DNA of 64,000 nucleotides, from assembly GCA_019456165.1 (NCBI GenBank), contig VRUJ01000012.1:115-64114 (forward strand). The letters run 5' to 3'. This document shows positions 46,383 to 56,440 of this stretch, piece by piece (within the stretch, counting starts at the first letter, position 1; each line of letters opens with the position of its first letter). The notes below the pieces were generated by a model, which saw nothing but the letters and a program-made list of their open reading frames with translations, was not told the DNA's origin and did no database searches. The stretch comes from Chloroflexota bacterium (GTDB lineage Bacteria > Chloroflexota > Anaerolineae > Anaerolineales > UBA11579). Made by a program: the position numbers and the translations under genes.

Positions 46383-48140
46383 CTATTCTTCTGCTCCAAC
46401 AACTTTTCTCCAACCTCCATGGATGCCGTCATCGGTGACCCCAAAATAGTACCTGAAATTCTTTCCATTTCGCTGGACTAGATCGTAACGCATACTTTTA
46501 CCCTGTTGATAACGCTTAATAAATCCCAAATTTCCGGCCCATTCAGCTTGGGTTTTTTTACTATCCTTTGGCATTTTTGCGTATGTGGTGATAGCGTAGT
46601 GCCATAAACGACGGGCGGATTTTTCAGTCACATTCTTAACTACGTTACCATTGCGCAAATCTTTGACTATGTAGTATCGTGTTCCTTTGCGTTCTTCGAC
46701 TGAGACTATCTCCACACCTGTACGAGGCGCCTGTTCCTTATCCTTCTTGCCTTTGGTTTTGACCGGCTGCTCATGCCCACTTGTTACGCCGGTCTGCTGT
46801 TTTGAACCTGGAGCAACTGCACTTGCTCTGCTAGGTTTGCCCCGCTGCACTAATCCGACAATTTCATCACGCACGGCCAGCCCGGTATCTGCCTCTTGAC
46901 GAATGTAAATTTTATTGTCGTCTACTGCATATGGGGGATCATCTCCACGCGGAATTAATACACGTAAAATATTTTTTCCACCAGATTTATGCCCATCGAC
47001 TGTGCATTGTAACGGCGGGCTAATACGGTTGCTGATCTCTTTTTCCAATTGGCGGATTGCTTGTGGCGGGTTGTTGATGCCTGCAATTTGGGTTTTGGGG
47101 TCGTTACTCAACCCAATGTACAACGTGCCCCCGTTGGTATTTGCAAAACCGCAAACATCTGCAATCACTCCGTAAAGTTTGCCTCCGCTTACGGTCATGG
47201 CCTCGTGAAAGTCTTGGATAATATTACTGCCTTCTTCGCGGGCGCCGCGTACAAAATCATATGCGGATTCTCCTTTTTTCTTTCTTCGAGGACGCGTGCG
47301 CGCAAAGTCATTACGCTCAAACAATTCCTTTAAGGCTTCAAAAGCGGGTTCCGGGAGAAGCACTTCAGTAATCCTGCCTCCCACTCCAAAATTCTTTTTA
47401 CTCTGGGAATCATTTTCAAGTCTATGAGCATCAGATCCCTGAATACAATGCATGCGGCGAGGGTATTCCGGCTTGGCGCCGCTAAAAAAGGCGGCTGTTG
47501 TGCGACGCCCGCGTTGTTCAAGATCGGTCACCTCCAGCGCATGCAGGTTTGGATCCTGGGTATAAGCAATCTTCGTCTGCCCCCCAAAGGTCAAGCCCCG
47601 CATGGCAATTCCATTTGTAGAATTGGCGTGGGCTGCGATCGCTAAACCACCAGCTTCGTTGACGAGTCTGTATGCGGTGAGCACATCCGCGGAAGCTCCC
47701 ACCGTCACCGATCCTCTATCCAATTGGTCGGCAGGAATATTCATATCAAGCAGGAGATGCTCTACTTCGCGGACAGGTTTGTTCGGAGGGAAAATCGCTA
47801 GAATGTGAAATCCTAGCGTGGCTGTAAATTCAAATCCCGGAAAAACAAGAATTCTCTTTAATAGCCTTTCATACTCTATTAAACGTGCTTGCTCTTCTGG
47901 GAGGATGCGCTCAAGTTTTGCCAAAAGCCTCAACCTCTCGATTTCTTCGTGCATATGGCTGTAACCAGCAACAGTGTTATGGTCGGTGAAGGCAATCATG
48001 TCGAGGCTGAGGTTATCAGCTTTCAGCAATATATCTAAATAAGTTACTCCGCTAGTTTTGTAATCGCTGGATGCGGGAGTATGCAGATGCAAATCCATCG
48101 AATACCATTTACGTGAAGCTTTTATTTTTTTTCTAGCCAC
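46383..48140 (-). CDS. PHP-domain phosphoesterase fused to an AlbA_2 (Schlafen-like, divergent-AAA) domain and an uncharacterised basic C-terminal domain
   Basis: The N-terminus carries [31 protein letters not shown] and GSDAHRL (PHP metal ligands). The middle reads [28 protein letters not shown]...[29 protein letters not shown], which is the AlbA_2 pattern. The C-terminal ~130 aa are unknown. Confidence 0.65.
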   Translation of the reverse strand: MARKKIKASRKWYSMDLHLHTPASSDYKTSGVTYLDILLKADNLSLDMIAFTDHNTVAGYSHMHEEIERLRLLAKLERILPEEQARLIEYERLLKRILVFPGFEFTATLGFHILAIFPPNKPVREVEHLLLDMNIPADQLDRGSVTVGASADVLTAYRLVNEAGGLAIAAHANSTNGIAMRGLTFGGQTKIAYTQDPNLHALEVTDLEQRGRRTTAAFFSGAKPEYPRRMHCIQGSDAHRLENDSQSKKNFGVGGRITEVLLPEPAFEALKELFERNDFARTRPRRKKKGESAYDFVRGAREEGSNIIQDFHEAMTVSGGKLYGVIADVCGFANTNGGTLYIGLSNDPKTQIAGINNPPQAIRQLEKEISNRISPPLQCTVDGHKSGGKNILRVLIPRGDDPPYAVDDNKIYIRQEADTGLAVRDEIVGLVQRGKPSRASAVAPGSKQQTGVTSGHEQPVKTKGKKDKEQAPRTGVEIVSVEERKGTRYYIVKDLRNGNVVKNVTEKSARRLWHYAITTYAKMPKDSKKTQAEWAGNLGFIKRYQQGKSMRYDLVQRNGKNFRYYFGVTDDGIHGGWRKVVGAEE

Positions 48141-48178
48141 TAATCACTCTCATGTCCCTTTTCTGCCTAAAATTTTTA

Positions 48179-48541
48179 CTAACCTAACTTTTCAAGCTGT
48201 TGTTTTATCATCCCGATCAATTCATCTGGCATGTAAGGTTTCATAATGAAATTATTGGCGCCTTTATCAAGGCAATCGTCCTTCAACGCCATACCTGAAG
48301 ACATGATAACAGCAATGTCTTTAGTGACCTGGTCTTGTCTGATTCCCTCGAGTATCTCAAAACCATCATATTCTTGTAGATGCACGTCCAACAATACCAG
48401 ATCAGGTTTTGCGGCGCGTATTTCATCAAGCGCGTGTCTGAAATCCTTAGTTTCAAAAACGTTGAATCCCTCAATTTCTAACAAAGTGTTTAATAACGAT
48501 AGCATCGTAGGGTCATCTTCGACCAGCATCACTTTATGCAT
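48179..48541 (-). CDS. single-domain response regulator (receiver only)
   Basis: It shows [15 protein letters not shown] and IMKP. The start overlaps the lon stop by 8 nt. Confidence 0.8.
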   Translation of the reverse strand: MHKVMLVEDDPTMLSLLNTLLEIEGFNVFETKDFRHALDEIRAAKPDLVLLDVHLQEYDGFEILEGIRQDQVTKDIAVIMSSGMALKDDCLDKGANNFIMKPYMPDELIGMIKQQLEKLG

Positions 48542-51158
48542 TTTTCCTCGCTTTTTTCGGAGGGATTGTTTTTGTCTTCGCTTTCCTGGTAGGGCTTTTT
48601 CTCGTGTTTTCTTTTCTGGTTTTTGGTTTTTTCAATGCAGCTTTCAATACCTCATCCATTGTATCCACAAAAATAAATTTTATGTTATTGAGAACATCCT
48701 CTGGTAGATCTTCTAAATCTAATTCATTCTGTTTTGGTAGGATAATTGTCTTCAAATTTGCTCTGTGGGCTGCTAAGATTTTTTCTTTAATGCCCCCCAC
48801 CGGCATAACCTGTCCTCGCAGAGTTATTTCTCCAGTCATACCAACATTTGGTTTAATCGGGATACCCGAAACCATCGAAACTAATGCAGTGACTATCGTG
48901 ACTCCTGCTGAAGGTCCATCTTTCGGTTGTGCTCCTGCTGGAACATGCAAATGTATATCCGTAGTATTAAAGAAATCTTTCTCCAAACCTAGTGAATCGG
49001 CACGCGAGCGCACATATGACAATGCTGCCCGGGCAGATTCTTGCATGACGTCTCCCAGAGAGCCAGTCAATTGGAACCCTTTATTGCCCGGCATACAGGT
49101 TGCTTCAATAAACAGGATATCACCGCCAAAAGGAGTCCACGAGAGTCCAGTCGCGACACCAGGAATAGAAGTACGCGTGGTGATTTCTTGCGTGCTGAAA
49201 AAGCGCGCCCGACCAAGTAGGTCTTTCACCACTTCTGAGGTCACCTTGACGGTTTTGACTTTCCCTTCTGTTATAAGCGTAACAATTTTACGGCACACCC
49301 GTCCGATCTCACGCTCCAAGTTTCTAACTCCAGCTTCCCGCGTATAAGAACGAATTAATCTGCGGATGGCAGCTTTATTAAATTTTGCTTCACTCTTTCG
49401 AAGTCCCTTCTCCCGCAATTGCCTGGGGATAAGAAACCCTTTAGCGATGGCGATCTTATCCCGCTCAGTATAACTGGAGAGGTGGATGATTTCCATGCGG
49501 TCGCGCAAAGGGCCAGGGATAGGTCCAAGCGAGTTTGCAGTAGTAATAAACATCACCTGAGAAAGATCAAATGCTACCTCTAAGTAATGGTCTCGGAACT
49601 CGGCGTTTTGTTCTGGATCTAAAACCTCTAAGAGTGCTGAGGCGGGATCACCTCTAAAGTCATGTCCAAGTTTATCTATCTCATCCATCATAAAGACTGG
49701 GTTGCGGCTTTCTGCGCGGCGCAGAGCCTGTAGGATGCGCCCTGGAAGCGCGCCGATATAAGTGCGGCGATGGCCCCGTATCTCAGCTTCGTCGCGCACA
49801 CCTCCTAAGGAAATACGCACAAATTTACGCCCCAAAGAACGTGCAATTGATCGCCCCAATGAGGTTTTACCTACTCCTGGCGGTCCCACGAAGCAAAGAA
49901 TGACACCTTCACGCGTTTTTCGAATTGTGTCCTCATTTTCAGCGCTCTGTAATTCATCCTTCCTTTCTGAACGCAACTTGCGTACGGCTAAAAATTCAAG
50001 GATGCGATCTTTGATATCCTTCAAACCAAAATGGTCTTCGTCTAATACTTTGCGCGCATGAGCAATATCAAGGTTGTCCTCGGAAATAACCTGCCAAGGA
50101 AGGCTCACCAACCAATCGAGGTAAGAACGGATAACGCCATATTCTGCTGAGGCCGGTGATAAACGAGAAAGACGCTCAATCTCCCTTAAGGTCTGCTTTT
50201 CGGCCTCCTCAGGCATATTTGCGGATGAGACTTTCTCCCGGAATTCCTCCAACTCCGCAGTTTGTTCATCCTGCTCTCCAAGCTCTTTTTGAATAGCTTT
50301 TAATTGTTCGCGCAGGAAATAATCACGCTGGACTTTTTCGATCTCAGATCTAGCTTCATTTTGTATCTTCTGACCGAGTTCTAATACCTCTACCTCGCGG
50401 GTTAGTATATTGGTCAACTTGCGTAATTTTTCTGCAACTGAATTGACTTCCAGCAACTCTTGGGCATCTTCCAATTCCATGCGTTGAAAATTTGCGATGG
50501 TGTAGACCGTCTGTAAAGCATCCTCCAAACTGAGAACCGAAAATACCAATTCTTGGGGAATTGAGGAAATTAACCCAGCGATATTCTCAAATTGTTTGCG
50601 TACATTGCGCGCCATGGCTTCAATCTCAATATCTTCCTCTTCGATTTCTGGGTCCAGGGTTATCTTGGCTTTGAGGTAAGGTTCAGTTTCAACATATTCG
50701 CTCAATCGAAACCGGTGCGTCCCTTGCACGAGCAAACTCATGGTTTCGTCGTGTGTGCGGAACATACGGTGGACCGTGGCGACTGTCCCTACTTTGTATA
50801 GATCTTCCGGTCCGGGGGTTTCAAGTTCAGGGTTTTTAGATGCGACCAGTCCAATAAGCCGGTCGCCTCCGATAATATCATCCACAAGTTTAATCGATCG
50901 AGGTTGGCCGATAGTTAGCGGTAAACCGGTGTGGGGAAAAACTACAATTCCACGCAGCGGTAAGATGGGTAAAACATCTGGTATTTCAATCATGAATTCA
51001 TCGTCGTCAGGATGATGATCCTCAACATCATTTTTCCCCTTTTCCGGAACAATCCGCGTTGCTTTAGGCTGGAGAAGCAACTCTTCATATACATTTTCTC
51101 CCCCTTCCATTAATTTGAGGATGTCAAATAAGTCTGAAAACCAACGAGAAACCGGCAT
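48534..51158 (-). CDS. lon: ATP-dependent Lon protease (endopeptidase La)
   Basis: It has a LON N-domain, the Walker A motif GPPGVGKTS, the catalytic KDGPSAG and a downstream Lys. It also has an unusual Lys/Arg-rich 40-aa C-terminal tail. Confidence 0.9.
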   Translation of the reverse strand: MPVSRWFSDLFDILKLMEGGENVYEELLLQPKATRIVPEKGKNDVEDHHPDDDEFMIEIPDVLPILPLRGIVVFPHTGLPLTIGQPRSIKLVDDIIGGDRLIGLVASKNPELETPGPEDLYKVGTVATVHRMFRTHDETMSLLVQGTHRFRLSEYVETEPYLKAKITLDPEIEEEDIEIEAMARNVRKQFENIAGLISSIPQELVFSVLSLEDALQTVYTIANFQRMELEDAQELLEVNSVAEKLRKLTNILTREVEVLELGQKIQNEARSEIEKVQRDYFLREQLKAIQKELGEQDEQTAELEEFREKVSSANMPEEAEKQTLREIERLSRLSPASAEYGVIRSYLDWLVSLPWQVISEDNLDIAHARKVLDEDHFGLKDIKDRILEFLAVRKLRSERKDELQSAENEDTIRKTREGVILCFVGPPGVGKTSLGRSIARSLGRKFVRISLGGVRDEAEIRGHRRTYIGALPGRILQALRRAESRNPVFMMDEIDKLGHDFRGDPASALLEVLDPEQNAEFRDHYLEVAFDLSQVMFITTANSLGPIPGPLRDRMEIIHLSSYTERDKIAIAKGFLIPRQLREKGLRKSEAKFNKAAIRRLIRSYTREAGVRNLEREIGRVCRKIVTLITEGKVKTVKVTSEVVKDLLGRARFFSTQEITTRTSIPGVATGLSWTPFGGDILFIEATCMPGNKGFQLTGSLGDVMQESARAALSYVRSRADSLGLEKDFFNTTDIHLHVPAGAQPKDGPSAGVTIVTALVSMVSGIPIKPNVGMTGEITLRGQVMPVGGIKEKILAAHRANLKTIILPKQNELDLEDLPEDVLNNIKFIFVDTMDEVLKAALKKPKTRKENTRKSPTRKAKTKTIPPKKARKNA

Positions 51159-51203
51159 AATGTCCTTTTTATATTGGCGTATTAGTTAGTAAAACGCGCC
51201 CGG

Positions 51204-51638
51204 TTAATTACCTGTCTCTTTCTTCACCTTGATTCGGCTGGGAGGCGTCTTGGGAAGCACAACTTTCAGAAAGCCATCCTCGTAAGAAGCTTCAATATCA
51301 TCAACATCCACTGTATTGGTAACTTCTACTATCGTCATAAACTCGCCAAAACGGATTTCTAATTGCTTATAAGCGCGTTGTTCGACAGATTCAGAGCGCA
51401 ATCCATAGATGACTAAAACCTGATTTTCTAAAGATATTGTGAATTCCGCATCCTTCATTCCCGCGATCTCAACCCGAACGACCAGCGCTTCTTTAGTTTC
51501 GTATACGTCCGTAGGAGGCTGCCAGATATGAGGCCGTGAAGTAGATTGCCGGATGATTGCTGAAACAAAAAAACGAGGCTGGTTGGAAGCTTTCGGTGTC
51601 GAAAGCATCTCTTGATCAGGTAATTGTCCTTTATTCAT
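51204..51638 (-). CDS. Hsp20/alpha-crystallin family small heat-shock protein
   Basis: The alpha-crystallin domain pattern is present: PPTDVYETKEALVVRVEIAGM...ASYEDGFLKVVLPK. Confidence 0.8.
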   Translation of the reverse strand: MNKGQLPDQEMLSTPKASNQPRFFVSAIIRQSTSRPHIWQPPTDVYETKEALVVRVEIAGMKDAEFTISLENQVLVIYGLRSESVEQRAYKQLEIRFGEFMTIVEVTNTVDVDDIEASYEDGFLKVVLPKTPPSRIKVKKETGN

Positions 51639-51684
51639 AATATTTAGGTCCTAAACAGAAAGCGTAAACCAGCGTGCGGTCTTG

Positions 51685-52203
51685 TTAATTTAAGGCTTTA
51701 CGAGCAGCATTTAAAACCGCATCGTAATTGGGTTCTTCTCCCAGCGCTGGCAGGTATTCCACATAAACTATCAGATCATCGCGGTCGACAACGAAAGCTG
51801 CTCGCCTTAAAAGACGCTGCTCTTTAATCAAACACCCATATTTAACGCCAAAATCTGTATTGTAATGATCAGAGACTACCATCACACGGTCTATTCCAGC
51901 TGCCCCACACCAGCGTTTCTGAGCGAAAGGCAGGTCTGTGCTGATAGTAACGATAATGATATCTTCGCTCAGGCCAGCAGCTTCTTGGTTGAATCTACGC
52001 GTCTCTGTATCACACACGCTGGTTTCCAGAGATGGTACCGCCGCCAGGATGCGTACTTTTCCTGCAGTTGCCTTTAAGATTTTCAAGTTCTTCCAAGATT
52101 GGTCATGAACAGTGAATTCCTCTGCCATTTCTCCGACCTTGACATCTAATCCAATAATGGTTACATCCTGGCTGCTAAATTTTAATAATCCTGATCTTTC
52201 CAT
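51685..52203 (-). CDS. tpx: thiol peroxidase (Tpx-type peroxiredoxin)
   Basis: The Tpx pattern is present: VPSLETSVCDTE, STDLPFAQKRWC and RAAFVVD. The start is at the ATG giving MERSG. Confidence 0.8.
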   Translation of the reverse strand: MERSGLLKFSSQDVTIIGLDVKVGEMAEEFTVHDQSWKNLKILKATAGKVRILAAVPSLETSVCDTETRRFNQEAAGLSEDIIIVTISTDLPFAQKRWCGAAGIDRVMVVSDHYNTDFGVKYGCLIKEQRLLRRAAFVVDRDDLIVYVEYLPALGEEPNYDAVLNAARKALN

Positions 52204-52459
52204 TAGTTTATTATACCTGCAATCCAGAGTAGCACCACACACAGTGGTGGTGGAATTTATAAAAAAAAAGCAATACTAACGGATTCATAAACAATAGCTT
52301 CGTTTGCAGACCTGATATGTATAGTATAATGACATATACAATTAATAGTGTACTTATTGGTCAATTTTAGATTGTATTTTTTTAACCAAGACCCACTCAA
52401 CGCTCTTTCATTGCAAGGTCGCCTCGTTTCCAATAAATGTCAGAGTTGGATGAGACGCT

Positions 52460-52945
52460 ATGATAAAAACGAGCAGCAAAAAAGAATTAATAAAAAAAAT
52501 CCGCACAGAACGTACACGCCTCTCAAACGTTTGGCTTCAGATACCCAAAGAACGTCTTACCACTCCCGGAGTTGTGGGAGACTGGTCGGTTAAGGATTTA
52601 CTTTCCCTTATCTGTTGGAGTGAACATAAAATAGTGGGGTTAATCCATACACACAAACTTACGGATGCAAAGATTTGGGAACTTAGTGATCTTGAACGGG
52701 CTACCATCATCATTGATAGAGCCAAAGACAGGCCTTTTATTGAAGTGCGCGCTGAAGCTAACCAACTGATCCACGAGGTATTAACTGCAATCAATAAATT
52801 GGATGTATCCGAGCTGGACGACCCAGCTGGTTTTCAGGGACTCCCAGCTGGATACACTCCCAGACAATTTATCGCAGCGAACACTTACGAACGATATAAG
52901 GCTCACTTACCAGACCTGCAAGCCTGGTTAAATAAGGGGTCGTAA
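52460..52945 (+). CDS. ClbS/DfsB family (DUF1706) four-helix-bundle protein
   Basis: The N-terminal pattern SKKELIKKI..ER.RL......IP.ERL..PGV.GDWSVKDLL is typical of the family. Confidence 0.55.
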   Translation: MIKTSSKKELIKKIRTERTRLSNVWLQIPKERLTTPGVVGDWSVKDLLSLICWSEHKIVGLIHTHKLTDAKIWELSDLERATIIIDRAKDRPFIEVRAEANQLIHEVLTAINKLDVSELDDPAGFQGLPAGYTPRQFIAANTYERYKAHLPDLQAWLNKGS

Positions 52946-53178
52946 ACACTAAATAGATTGCGGAAAGATTTATAAAAAGATTTATTATTCTCTGCAGTTA
53001 ATCTGCAATTTCTTTCTCTGCAATTAGAGCCGCAATCTTTTAAAAGCAGCCATATCAAAGTATTAAGGATAAAATAATTCTATACGATTACTTTACTCAC
53101 CTATGGGTGTTTCAAATCACACACATCCGGCAAGCTTCTTGCACATCTAGTAGTAAATATTTATTAGGATGTGGTGCT

Positions 53179-53592
53179 ATGAAATCAAACAATAATAAAA
53201 AACTGCTAGGACCGGACGATCATGCCTGGTTGATTCTAAACAAACAAGTTAATAAAGTTACTACAACCCTTACCCAAATTGGCCGAGATCTTGATAATGA
53301 CATCATCCTTCTTGACCTGACCGTTTCACGCCAACATGCTCAGCTGCGAGTCGAAGATGATAAATTTATCTTCTATAATTTAAGCTCAAATGGGAGGACG
53401 GAGGTAAATTTCAAACAGGTGGACAAATGCGAAATTACCCATGGGGATATTATCCACATTTCGAACCACGTGATCGTTTTCTATTCTGAGAAACCGAATA
53501 TCGAAACCATCGCAGGAATGGATACTGCCAGCTTAGAAGAAGCTCAGGACTTGTTGTTTCTCTCGGTATTGAAGGAATCGTTGCCAAGATAA
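53179..53592 (+). CDS. FHA domain-containing protein
   Basis: The FHA core is present: TQIGRDLDNDIILLDLTVSRQHAQLRVEDDKFIFYNLSSNGRTEVN...GDIIHI. Confidence 0.7.
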   Translation: MKSNNNKKLLGPDDHAWLILNKQVNKVTTTLTQIGRDLDNDIILLDLTVSRQHAQLRVEDDKFIFYNLSSNGRTEVNFKQVDKCEITHGDIIHISNHVIVFYSEKPNIETIAGMDTASLEEAQDLLFLSVLKESLPR

Positions 53593-53856
53593 AGAATTTG
53601 GTCCCGGAGAGCAAGAATTCAGCGGCGGAATCTCGATCCCTTTTATTTCTTTCAAATTTGATAATGCCAATAAAATAATAGGTCGGATAGTCTTTGGAAT
53701 CCCTGCGTTGTTGATGGACCTCTTTCTAATTAGTGCAGTGTTGGGCGTAACTTACGAAGCGCTCAAAGCTTGGGTTAATGAGGGAAATGAATAGGTTGGG
53801 TCAGCGGTATTAGGTATAACGGTAATCCCATCACCACCTCGTCAGTTATCATCTCT

Positions 53857-54114
53857 TTACTCGTTCTCCTTCCCAAGAAACTCATCTTTAATTCTTTGTT
53901 TATGTTCTGCTGGCAAATGGTGCCAACGAATACCTTGTATAGCGCCTTCAAGAGCATACAGCATATTTATGCATCCAGCATCTTGCACATCACTTATCCG
54001 ACGGACGGCATTGATACTGCCGAATTCAATAAGCTCATCTGGATTATGAATCCCAACCAATTCCAGCTTCTTCTCCAGTTCCTCTCCGATATTTGGAAGA
54101 TCAGATAATTTCAT
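53857..54114 (-). CDS. TfoX C-terminal domain-containing protein
   Basis: It reads LSDLPNIGEELEKKLELVGI..PDEL...G...A..RI...........LYALEGAIQGIRWHHLP. Confidence 0.65.
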   Translation of the reverse strand: MKLSDLPNIGEELEKKLELVGIHNPDELIEFGSINAVRRISDVQDAGCINMLYALEGAIQGIRWHHLPAEHKQRIKDEFLGKENE

Positions 54115-54262
54115 GTTTACTCTATGCCCGCATTCATTTTCGTTTTACGTCAAATCGCGATGGTGATTCCTGAGAAAATACATTTTGCTTTTCTGATTTT
54201 TCAAAGCAAAGCGACGATAAGAATCTGCTCACCTGCATTGCACGCGAATCAACTTTCTCAAG

Positions 54263-54336
54263 CACCCCCGGTAGGATTCGAACCCACAACCTCAGGCTTA
54301 GAAGGCCTTTGCTCTATCCGTTTGAGCTACGGGGGC
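54263..54336 (-). tRNA. tRNA-Arg (anticodon TCT)
   Basis: Hand fold of the reverse strand: acceptor GCCCCCG/CGGGGGT (G1-U72 wobble), D stem GCTC/GAGC, anticodon loop CT-TCT-AA, T arm GTGGG-TTCGAAT-CCTAC, discriminator G. Confidence 0.85.
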
Positions 54337-54494
54337 ATTTGATGCCGGTATTATAAAGCGAAACGGGCATAATGGTTAGGGAAATCTGTTGGGATGAATG
54401 CGTAAAATGTTTCGATAATAATTATGGCTTGGATTAATTAGGTTTAACGTGTTGAATATGCTAAGATAATGTAACCCGAGTAGAGGTGATCATT

Positions 54495-54908
54495 ATGCTT
54501 CGGAAGATTAAAGACGAAAATACCGGTTTTAAAGAGTCGTTACAATTATCCTTAGACGAATACGAAAAAATTGCGGAAACAAAAAAATGGCCTTCTTTAC
54601 GAGGCATGGTAGTTCCCGCGTTGGGCGCAGCAATAGGAGGGATTTATGGATCTTATTCAATCGTTTCTAAATTTGGCAAGTTCCCTACGTCTGACAAGGA
54701 ATTTCTAGTGGACTATTGGCTGGGACCAAACGCTCTCTATTTTAATTTTGCTATATTTGGTGGAATTATATTAGGAGGATTTATTGGGAATTTGTTGGGG
54801 GGTAGAGGCCGTAATGAGCTATATAGACTAATAATTAAATTGTTGTTGGGTCTTTTCATTGGCTTGGAGTTTGCAGGTTGGATAACAAATTTTATCGTCC
54901 CATTATAG
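54495..54908 (+). CDS. hypothetical membrane protein (Gly-rich TM helices)
   Basis: The ATG follows GAGGTG. There are three hydrophobic segments and I recognise no family. Confidence 0.45.
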   Translation: MLRKIKDENTGFKESLQLSLDEYEKIAETKKWPSLRGMVVPALGAAIGGIYGSYSIVSKFGKFPTSDKEFLVDYWLGPNALYFNFAIFGGIILGGFIGNLLGGRGRNELYRLIIKLLLGLFIGLEFAGWITNFIVPL

Positions 54909-55099
54909 TATTACAAGGACTATTACAATCGTTGCTAATCCAGACGTTGCCCGTTTCAAAGCGTTTCAAACCTTGAACTGTGTTATTTGTGGTGTAACAT
55001 TTCAGAGGGCAACAAAGAAGGATATTCTGAGGGCTGCAACAGCAAGTGGAGGGGATTTGGTGGATTATCAAATAGATTAGTAATGGAGAGAGGAAGTCA

Positions 55100-55567
55100 A
55101 TGGATATGAACATGGTTTTTTTAGCTTTTCTAACCTTTTTGTTTGGACTAGCTGCATCTTCGTTCGGTGCGAGAACAAGCAAGTCCATTGAGGCACGCCA
55201 TAAACAATTAGAAGAAATGGCAGAATGGGTAGACACAGTAATTGCTAGTGTGATGCTATTTTTCAAGGTTGAGGGCAAAATTAGCATCTACGAAAATATG
55301 GAAGAATTCGCTTGGATGAGTGCAAAACAAGAAAGATATTCTGCTATTGCAAATCAAAAAAAAATTGGGTCAAAGAAACTAGTTTCTTCTCTAAAAGAAT
55401 TTTCTTCTGCATATGCTTGTATTCTAGATATTTTTTTCTCAGATCCAGCTGAAAACATGGAAGTAGCAAAAAAGAATCTAACGAAAATAAATGAATTTAC
55501 TGCTAGACTAACAAATGCAGCTTATGTTATACATATAGAAATTGCAAGTCTGAGAGTAAAAAGGTAA
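55100..55567 (+). CDS. hypothetical protein with an N-terminal TM anchor
   Basis: It has a GGAGAGAGGAAG RBS, a signal/anchor helix and then a helical region. I recognise no family. Confidence 0.45.
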   Translation: MDMNMVFLAFLTFLFGLAASSFGARTSKSIEARHKQLEEMAEWVDTVIASVMLFFKVEGKISIYENMEEFAWMSAKQERYSAIANQKKIGSKKLVSSLKEFSSAYACILDIFFSDPAENMEVAKKNLTKINEFTARLTNAAYVIHIEIASLRVKR

Positions 55568-55650
55568 CAACCAAAAGCAAACACCCTCAACATCTTTACA
55601 TCCCAACCCATTCGCTTGCCCTCCTCTCCCCCTCAAGCTATCATCCACAC

Positions 55651-55920
55651 ATGGGTAGAACTATCCGCACCACATCACACCAATTCCAAAAAGAAATCCA
55701 ACGGTTAAAGCAATTCAAGCAAGCCCTCAGCCCAGCAGATAAACGGGCATTTGATGACATATTCGCACTTGTGCAACCTCACCTCATGGCTTGTGGATAT
55801 GTAGTTCATGAGATGCCAATGCTAATATACATATTTTCTATCCTGCTAGAAATGCAAAAAGAAATAACAAACCTGGAAGAATTTATACAAGAGGATCTGA
55901 GTCTACAAATAAAAGAATAG
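55651..55920 (+). CDS. hypothetical protein
   Basis: It is an 89-aa ORF with no clear RBS. The call is weak. Confidence 0.3.
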   Translation: MGRTIRTTSHQFQKEIQRLKQFKQALSPADKRAFDDIFALVQPHLMACGYVVHEMPMLIYIFSILLEMQKEITNLEEFIQEDLSLQIKE

Positions 55921-55959
55921 ATTCCTCTCTTTTCTAATAGTTTTTGGGAATTGCTAACG

Positions 55960-56178
55960 CTATTTATTATTTATAATATTATCCTGAATATTCTTCCCAA
56001 GTAAAAATACTGGAATACCAACCCCTAAGAATATGAACCATGTCATACTTTCATTTAAAACATAGTTAGCATCAGCCCACGTTAAAACCATACCCGCTGA
56101 AATTGTTGCAATTGAAACAGGGATAATATATTTGAACATCCAAAAAAATAGCAAACATCCACTCCCACGAACTTTCAT
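55960..56178 (-). CDS. small two-TM membrane protein
   Basis: It has a strong RBS (GAGGAGG) and two hydrophobic helices. Confidence 0.5.
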   Translation of the reverse strand: MKVRGSGCLLFFWMFKYIIPVSIATISAGMVLTWADANYVLNESMTWFIFLGVGIPVFLLGKNIQDNIINNK

Positions 56179-56440
56179 AGTGCCTCCTCTTAATATTTAC
56201 AGGAAATTATAACCTGATTATTTGGGTTTCTCTCTGCCTATCCAATTTTCACGAGAAAGGTACCCACCGCACCACCACACAGACAAACGAACCAACGTGA
56301 TGGGGTAGTCGCAAATCCACAATAAAAAGTTTCACCTCGCCAGCCAGCACCGCACCCGACCAAATCAAATATTAGTATATAATGATTACCAGATCTGAGG
56401 AGATCAAGCCTGCCGGAGACATGCAGGCACACATAAGGAG

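Noticed and set aside
48604-49347. A 247-aa plus-strand ORF lies inside lon.
   Set aside because: It is an antisense shadow ORF. The minus-strand frame encodes the unmistakable Lon protease domain.
51159-51700. I looked for CIRCE (TTAGCACTC-n9-GAGTGCTAA) or HAIR heat-shock operators near hsp20 and lon.
   Set aside because: I found no match to either consensus in the intergenic regions flanking hsp20, lon or tpx.
54124-54342. A 72-aa ORF lies on the plus strand.
   Set aside because: Its 3' half is antisense to tRNA-Arg(TCT), and it has no RBS.
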